DNA of 64,000 nt from positions 352,160,001-352,224,000 of the forward strand of contig OZ024743.1 of assembly GCA_964016885.1 (NCBI GenBank). Direction: 5' to 3'. A program made the translations under genes and the position numbers. The notes beneath the pieces are model-generated. The model made no database searches and was not told the DNA's origin. It worked only from the letters and a program-made list of their open reading frames with translations. The stretch comes from Eledone cirrhosa (lineage: Eukaryota). Positions 56,454 to 64,000 of the stretch are shown here, in pieces. Position 1 is the stretch's first letter. Each line of letters starts with the position of its first letter.

Positions 56454-56502
<49 letters not shown>

Positions 56503-57842
56503 ATATATATACATATAAATGTATATATATATACATATACACACACACATATATATATAAGAAAATACATAAATATTATCTAATATATATTTGTGAAATG
56601 GGCGGTGGCTGAAATTCAAATGTGCACGGTTAAATGGTAGTAGACGTGGTCGGACGGACGTGAAAATTTACACACCTATATAAAAAGTACCAAGGAAGCA
56701 AATAGACGAGGTGTCAAATCTCTAACTTGAAAAATGTGGTCCCTGGGGCCCCCAAACTATCGCGTTCGGTGAGTTATTTCCCCCTGTTCTAATACTTTTG
56801 TCTAAAAAAACATATCAAAGACAACGTTATTTCGCTGTTAATAAACTTTTGGCTACTACAGTACGTTTCATTTTCATTTTTAAAATATAATTGCTCTATA
56901 TTAAATTTAAATAATTCTATAACGATCATACAGTACTGTTTTATAAAATCGATTCTGCAGTAGAATTTTACGAAATGCCAAATCGAAAAAGTAACTGTTT
57001 TCTAACAAAAGAAATAAAACCCTTACATTGCTAACCCCCTGTTCTAATACTGGGGTTAGTTATTTCCCCCTCTTCTAATAAATATCTAATGCTGACCAGG
57101 GCAATCAAAGTGTAAACTATCATACAGTACCGTTTTATGAAATCAATTCTGCAGTACCATTTTACGAAATGCCAAACCGAAAACAGTCACTGTTTTCCAT
57201 CAAAAGAAATAAAACCCTTAAATTGCGAAGAAGGGAGTCATGTTCTCAAGTACGTTTTTTCAGATATCATTTTCATTTTATTTCTAATATATGTTAACCA
57301 CAACTAACAGTAACTAGTATTTTTCAATTCATTGTCTTATTTAAAATAACATATCAAAGACCACGTTATTTCGCTGTTAATAAACTTTTGGCTACTACAA
57401 GCTTCCATGGTTACGGAGAAAATCGATGAAACAGGAATTTCCCATTCAAATTGAACTGAGAGTAATCTGTGAACGCAGAAGTAAATATTTCGAGAAACGT
57501 TGCAACCAAACGAAAACAGGAAGACGATATTTTGGTTCGTGAAGACGTTCCCTGGCAAGGAACGGGAAAAAAGCGAGGATAATACATCGTTATGTGGAGC
57601 GTGAAGAACAATTTCATACAAAGACAAGTTTATGGTATAAATGGAGTCGTTAGGCTAATATTCTATTTAAAATAACAGAATGGTTTCCAGCCCCGGATTT
57701 TAAGAATGATGTAAATAAAATTGAAAACGAAAATGACAGAGGTTATTAAAATAGTAAAAGTAAATAGTGAAGATTTAGGCCAGTACATACGTATGCCCCG
57801 ACGAATATACACATACATACGCACACACAAATACACACACAC

Positions 57843-57873
<31 letters not shown>

Positions 57874-58816
57874 CACGAACGCACGCGCGTATGTATAAAC
57901 CTTATACATTTCTACAGTATTTTCACCAAACTTAAGACATAGGTTACTTATGTACTCCGGATGGTCATGGGCACTGTCATTTTTCCAGATATTGATTATA
58001 GCCCCCAACCCCCCCCCCTCCCCGGCAGATAACCCCTTTAACCACTTTAACCACTTCCTTGGAGTCGACTGAAGCACTGCAGTGCAATGCAACAAAACGT
58101 CATAACTTCTGGAGTTCGCAACCGATTTTCACAAAACTTGACACATGGGCTACGTTTGTCTTACAGATGAATGTGAACTCTCAGAATTAGCACATATTGG
58201 GTAGGGGAACCCTGGGGGCAGGAAGCCCCTTTTGGAAAAAGCGGATGATTTTGTAAAAGTATAGTTTTCGAAGCAGCACTGTAGTATTGACATAAATGGT
58301 ATACACAACTGCTATTTAATATCCGAGCAACGCCGGGTACCTCTGCTAGTATATATATAAAAATAAAAAGGTAAAAGGGGTAAACAAATAGTTGGGAATA
58401 CGACAAATAATAAATAGATAAATAATTAGAAAAGGGTATAAATGTTTATAGCTGATTTAGAGCATTCAACAAGTTCCTGGAGCAAATGATCAATGAAAAT
58501 AAGCAGTAAATCATTGTATGTAATTATGCATATACATACACATACACATATACATATATATATACACACACACACAACCATACAAATACACATATATATA
58601 CATACATATACATATACATATATATATATATATATATATAGGAAAAAGTATGACCCCGACGGCAGAGCTCAAGCCGTTTCTGAGGCTATTATATATATAT
58701 ACACACATAAACAATTATATAAAAATACACATATACACACACCCACCACATATCTACAAAAATTATATATATATATACGTATATATATATATATATACGT
58801 ATATATATATATATAT

Positions 58817-58927
<111 letters not shown>

Positions 58928-58934
58928 CGTATAC

Positions 58935-58969
<35 letters not shown>

Positions 58970-58970
58970 T

Positions 58971-61270
58971 CATAGGTTCTCAACCCATTTAGGCCAAACG
59001 CCCCCTTTTGTCCCTCGAAATCACGAAACGCCCCTACCCTATTTTTACATTTTTCAATATACTACTGATTTTGATATCTGTAGATTATTAAAAAATTGAT
59101 TAACAATATTCCAAAGATACCATTGCAGGCAGCTGAGAGTATAAATACATTCCTTGAAAGGAAATATATAAATTTCAAGAAAAGGAACATAAATGTTCTT
59201 TTTTATGAATAAGGACCAGTTGAATTTGTTATTTCCCACCAGGCGATACCAACTGTTTTGAAAATTTATACAAGAGCAACTCTATCCAAAGAGTGCTCTT
59301 ATCTGGAAGAAAGTGGCAATTATATCATTTCAAAGCTTTCCAGTTTTCCCTTTAATGAAACAGACAGAATAAATGTTGATATCTAACTTGATGTCCTCTC
59401 TGCTTTGTGAGCTTAGAGACCACGGAAGAGGGTTTTCATGACCACGCGGGAGGGTGTATTTATTAGTAAATGGTAAAATATAAACAACAAATGAGTAAGT
59501 GAATTGTAGTAGATGGTTTCCAGTCCAGTCAGACTGCAACTACAAATAAAAAAAAATGTTAGTTTGCTTTGTAACAATAGCATATCTAAGTTTTCGGATA
59601 AATCAACTTACTTTAACTTTGACCTCATTTCAATAGGACCCTTGAACTTCATGGAGTCTAGCTAACTCTTTGACGTCAGTCTGGATTTTCGTAAGATGTA
59701 GCCGGAGATCTCCACATGTAATTACACTGTAGTGGTTGCGAGCCTTACTGTGCAGTCTGGAAACAGCACCAAACCTCCTCTTGACTAAGTATGAGCTTGG
59801 AAAAGGCAGAGCAAATCTCTTAGCCTCTGCATGTAGGTGTGGAAATCGACGCTGAATTTCCTCTTGCATCCAAAAAAGGGGTTCACCTATTTTGGGAAAT
59901 CTAATTTTGATCATGTCATCTGCTTGAAGTTCAATGAATTCTTCCTGAAATATAACGTCCAAATCATCGACGTTAACTATAAAGGGATCTGCTACCCACA
60001 TTGGGATGTCCATCGGCAAAAGGTCGACAAACCGTTCTCTCATGTTGTCTTGTAGCGCACGGTGGTGAGTGGTATAAATTTGGAGTTGATCATCGCTTAC
60101 AATGTTTTGAACATTGGCGACACTAGGAAAATTATAGAATTCCCGTCAACAAAGATTCCTTTCGATGACATTCAATTTGGCCAGGAATGTTTTCAAGCAA
60201 GGTGATCTTCTCCTGCAAAGCCAAAATGACGCTGTTGCATTTGTCGAAGATGTCGGTGAGGTAGGCGCAGTTTTGCCTCATATCGAGGGTTTTCTTGTAC
60301 AGTTTTGTGTTGCATCCTCGCAGAAACTCAATCATAGAGTCAAACAGTTCAAAGAAGTGAGTAAGGCACTTGCCATTTGAAAGCCACCTCACTTCATTAT
60401 GAAGGAGCAACTTGACAAATTCTTCGTCATTATCTTGGCACAGTTGCCGGAAAATTCGTTCATTGAGGGAATGCCGTTTGATAAAATTGATGACATCAAT
60501 GGCCACCAGCAAGTTTCTTCACAGCCAAGTGTTGTCGATGAATGACACAATGAACAACAAATACAGATAGACTTTCTCTCTTCAGAAGAGTGACGAAACC
60601 CTTATGTTGGCCGACCATTGCTCTTGCGTCGTCCTAGATGTATGTATTACCTGCCTGTGTGTGGTAGGTAGTCATGGATGTATGTATTACCTGTTTATGT
60701 ATTGCATGTGGTCCTAGATGTATGTATTACCTGATTATGTGTTGTATGTGGTCCTAGATGTTTGTATTACCTGATTATGTGTTGTATGTGGTCCTAGATG
60801 TTTGTATTACCTGCTTATGTGTTGTATGTGGTCCTAAATGTATGTATTACTTGCCTGTGTGTTGTATATGGTTCTAGATGTGTGTGCTACCTCCTTATGT
60901 GTTGCATGTGGTCCTAGATGTGTGTATTACCGACTTATGTGTTGTATGTGGTCCTCGATGTGTATATTACCTGCTTATGTATTGTATATGGTCCTAGATG
61001 TGTGTATTATCTGATTATGTGTTGTATGTTGTCCTAGATGTGTGTGCTACCGGCTTCTGTGTTTTTTTTTGTTTTTTTTATTTGCAATATTATTTATACA
61101 ATAGGTTAAAATAAATCTACATAGTGTTAACTTGTTACGGTTGAGTTAATAATTTCAAACATGAAATACATTGTTATCAGTGAAGGAAAGGCTGCGGTTG
61201 AAGTTTCATTGACCCAGATGACTGTGGGTTTTTCCATTGTTAGGATCTCAATTGCTGGTTAATGTCTAAA
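58971..61270 (-). mobile_element. hAT transposon (duplicate; right TIR lost by deletion), includes the 40-bp minisatellite at ~60631-61059
   Basis: Duplicate of 30010-32324. Confidence 0.88.
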
Positions 61271-62039
61271 CCATCTTTTGATCTTATATATTATATATAT
61301 ATGTATGTATATGTGTGTATATACATCACTCAGTCAAACGACCAGATTTCAACCCCAACATCTACAACACCGGCACTAATGTTTACAGCAACAACAGCTT
61401 CAGAATGAATTGAAATGAACATTTACAACAACAACAACAGCGGCATAAAACGATAACCCCCCCCCCCCCAAAAAAAAAAAAACACAAACAATAAAAAAAG
61501 CTCAAAATAACAAAACACACACACACACGCACACAACACAACAACAACATCAACTGCCACCACCACCACCGCCGCCGCCATCACCATCACCAGTGACCGG
61601 GCCTTAAGAAAACAACTTCAATAATAATAATTTTTCTGTTTTTGACACGGATCCAGCGACTTGTCCAGCGCATTACTGGTACTCTCTTTTGTTGACTCCG
61701 TGGGGATGAAAGACAAGGTTGACCTCGGCGGGATTTAAGCTCAGAACGTGGAGAGCCATAGCTCTATGCTGTAAAGCAATTATAATAATTGTTTCTACTT
61801 TTGGCACAAGGCCAGAAATTATCACAGTGCGTTACTGGTACTTTATTTTATCGACCCCGTAAGGGTGAAAGGCAAAGTTAACCTACGCGGGATTTGAACT
61901 CAGACCGCAAAGGGACGTAACTATGCTGGAAAGCATGTTATAATAATACTGGACTGTAATACGAACGGCTTCAACTATACAAACTCTTGAAAGTCAACAG
62001 TTGACATAATCTTGTAATCTTGTATCAGTAATGACGGTA

Positions 62040-62077
<38 letters not shown>

Positions 62078-62208
62078 AAGTGAGTAGCGTGTGTGTGTTT
62101 GTTTGTATGTATGAGTGTTGCTGTGTGGGCGCGTATGTATGCGCGTGTGTGTATGTCGTACGTATAAGTGTCAATAAGTGAGTTTTTTTTTTTTTTTTTG
62201 CGCGCGGG

Positions 62209-64000
62209 GACATAGAAATAATCGGGCTGGATGCCCGATCGCGCAGTTAAACCACTGGGAGTGCAGAACCCCTAGCCCTTGTCAGAGCATTCTTCTAGGA
62301 GAAGGCATCTCAGGAAACTGGGTTAACTCTGACATAAAACCTACGGCTCAGTAGTTACCGATGATGTCGATCTTTTCTTCTTTTCGGGTTATAGCTACTG
62401 TCGCTCAGAGAGTGGGATTGGCTCAGTGCACAGTCTTTCCTCACTTTAAAAATATTCGTCACGCACAGGCATTGCACGAGTGCATTAATAATTATTAATA
62501 GTGTATTATTATTATTATTGTTACTATTATTATTACTTTTCTTTTTCTTTTTTTTCTTATTCAATGATGTTCCAGAACAATATAAAAGAGATAATTGGCA
62601 ATTTAGGTTCTGGAACAAAAAAGATAATTGGCAATGAGGGCCCGCTCGTCATCGTGCCATTGTAATAGAGCCAAACAAGGCATTTAGTCTTGGCTGCTGG
62701 AGCGTACGGACGCTGCTTGACAGGAATTCCTTGGAGCGTCCTGAACGAAGGACCGCTCTTGTTGCAAAGGAGCTTCGACGTTACGATCTTGACTTTATCT
62801 GAGACGAGGTTAGCTGGAGATGGTCATCTTACAGAATTTTGTGGAGAATATACATTCTTCTGGAAAGGAAGAGATGAAGGAACCAGAAGAGAGGCTGGGG
62901 TAGGATTTGCTGTTAAGACTGTTCTTGTGAATAAATTAGAAGAATTCCCAGTAGGGATTAGTGAGCGTCTTATGTCCATGAGAATTCCGCTGGACAAAGG
63001 AAGATATGCGACCCCGGTGAGTGTGTATGCTCCAACTATGAATTCTGTCGATGAAGAAAAAGTGTCCTTTTACCATGCCTTGAAAGGTGTTTTAAGAAAT
63101 ATCCCTCAGGCAGACAAAGTCATCGTGCTTGGTGACTTTAATGCTAGAGTGGGTAGGGATTTTAACACATGGAATGTAATCGGAAGGCATGGGGTGGGAA
63201 AGTGTAACAACAATGGTATGCTCCTCTGCAGATGTGTGAGGAGCTGGATCTGCGTGTTACCAACACCATGTTCCAACAAAAGAACAAATTCAAGACCACA
63301 TGGATGCACCCTGCATCTAAGGAATGGCATCTTTTGGACTACGTCCTAGTCAGGATGCGTGACAGACAGGATGTGCAGTGTGTTCGTGCTCTTCGTGGAG
63401 CTGAGTGCTGGACGGACCACCGCCTGGTACGCGCAAAAGTGAAACTAATCACTAAACGTAAAATCCGGGCTCCTGGTGTTGCTCTGCCCAAAAGATTGAA
63501 TGTTGCTCGTCGTAAGGATAAAAATGTGAAGAGGACATTGGAAGAAGAGATGCAGGCTGCAGATCTTGGTGAGGATTGGCCGATCCTTAAAAAGTCGGTT
63601 TATGATGTAGGCATGCGTGTTCTGGGATTGGTGCAGAGAAAACATCAGGACTGGTTTAATGAGAATGATGTACATATAGAAGACTTGTTGGCTGATAAGA
63701 GGTGTGTTACTTGACGGCAAAACCACAGGAGAGGAATACGTTGCATGAGGAACTCAAGGGTGTAAAATTACGTGTTAGACGGAGTCTTTCTCAGATGAAG
63801 GATCAGTGGTGGAGTGAGAAGGCTGGTGAGATACAAACTGCGTCAGATTCCAATAACACAAAGCTGTTGTACAGTCTCTTGCGTGAGGTTTATGGACCGT
63901 CTTCTTCTCTGGTGACACCGCTTCGCAGCAAGGATAGCAAAGAACTTCTTCGTGACTCACAAGGAATTCTACGAAGGTGGCGAGAGCACTTTGATGATCT
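62209..64000 (+). mobile_element. RTE LINE 5' half (duplicate of 34140-35921)
   Basis: Nearly identical ORF fragments with shared frameshifts. Confidence 0.92.

Larger units (their letters stand above)
54742..56457 (-). mobile_element. Retrozyme-like tandem array: ~3.3 near-identical 466-bp units plus an inverted segment (56277-56457), inserted in (TA)n
   Basis: Units start at 54742, 55208, 55674 and 56140. It is homologous to the 420-bp unit and absent from the matching (TA)n at ~27458-27535. Confidence 0.9.

Noticed and set aside
54754-56583. Repeated 93-aa and 112-aa ORFs in the 466-bp array
   Set aside because: They are low-complexity, lie antisense to the ribozyme strand and are not conserved in the 420-bp relative.

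Overview
This is repeat-saturated, AT-rich animal genomic DNA. The SINEs and the (TA)n/(CA)n tracts suggest a coleoid cephalopod, which is an inference. I recognise no intact host gene, and most listed ORFs are microsatellite artefacts. The window holds decayed retroelements (several Penelope-like elements, RTE LINEs, an R4-like element, Gypsy pol), a hAT transposon, Helitron 3' ends, MITEs, tRNA-SINEs and a GC-rich satellite. A ~26.9 kb near-identical tandem duplication spans 17354-44248, and its second copy runs from 44249 off the window end. The main hidden signal is an RNA one. Reading both strands gives 23 type I hammerhead ribozyme (HHR) motifs with intact CUGANGA/GAAA cores, plus 4 core-mutated copies, in about 5 sequence families. 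The standout is two related tandem arrays with one minimal HHR per monomer and a G-U/U-G swap in stem I: a 420-bp unit at 41765-44248 and a 466-bp unit at 54742-56457. They look like non-LTR retrozymes that could make small circular RNAs. The 466-bp array is present in only one copy of the duplication, so it is probably a recent insertion. All structures were read by eye; no folding or database searches were run.
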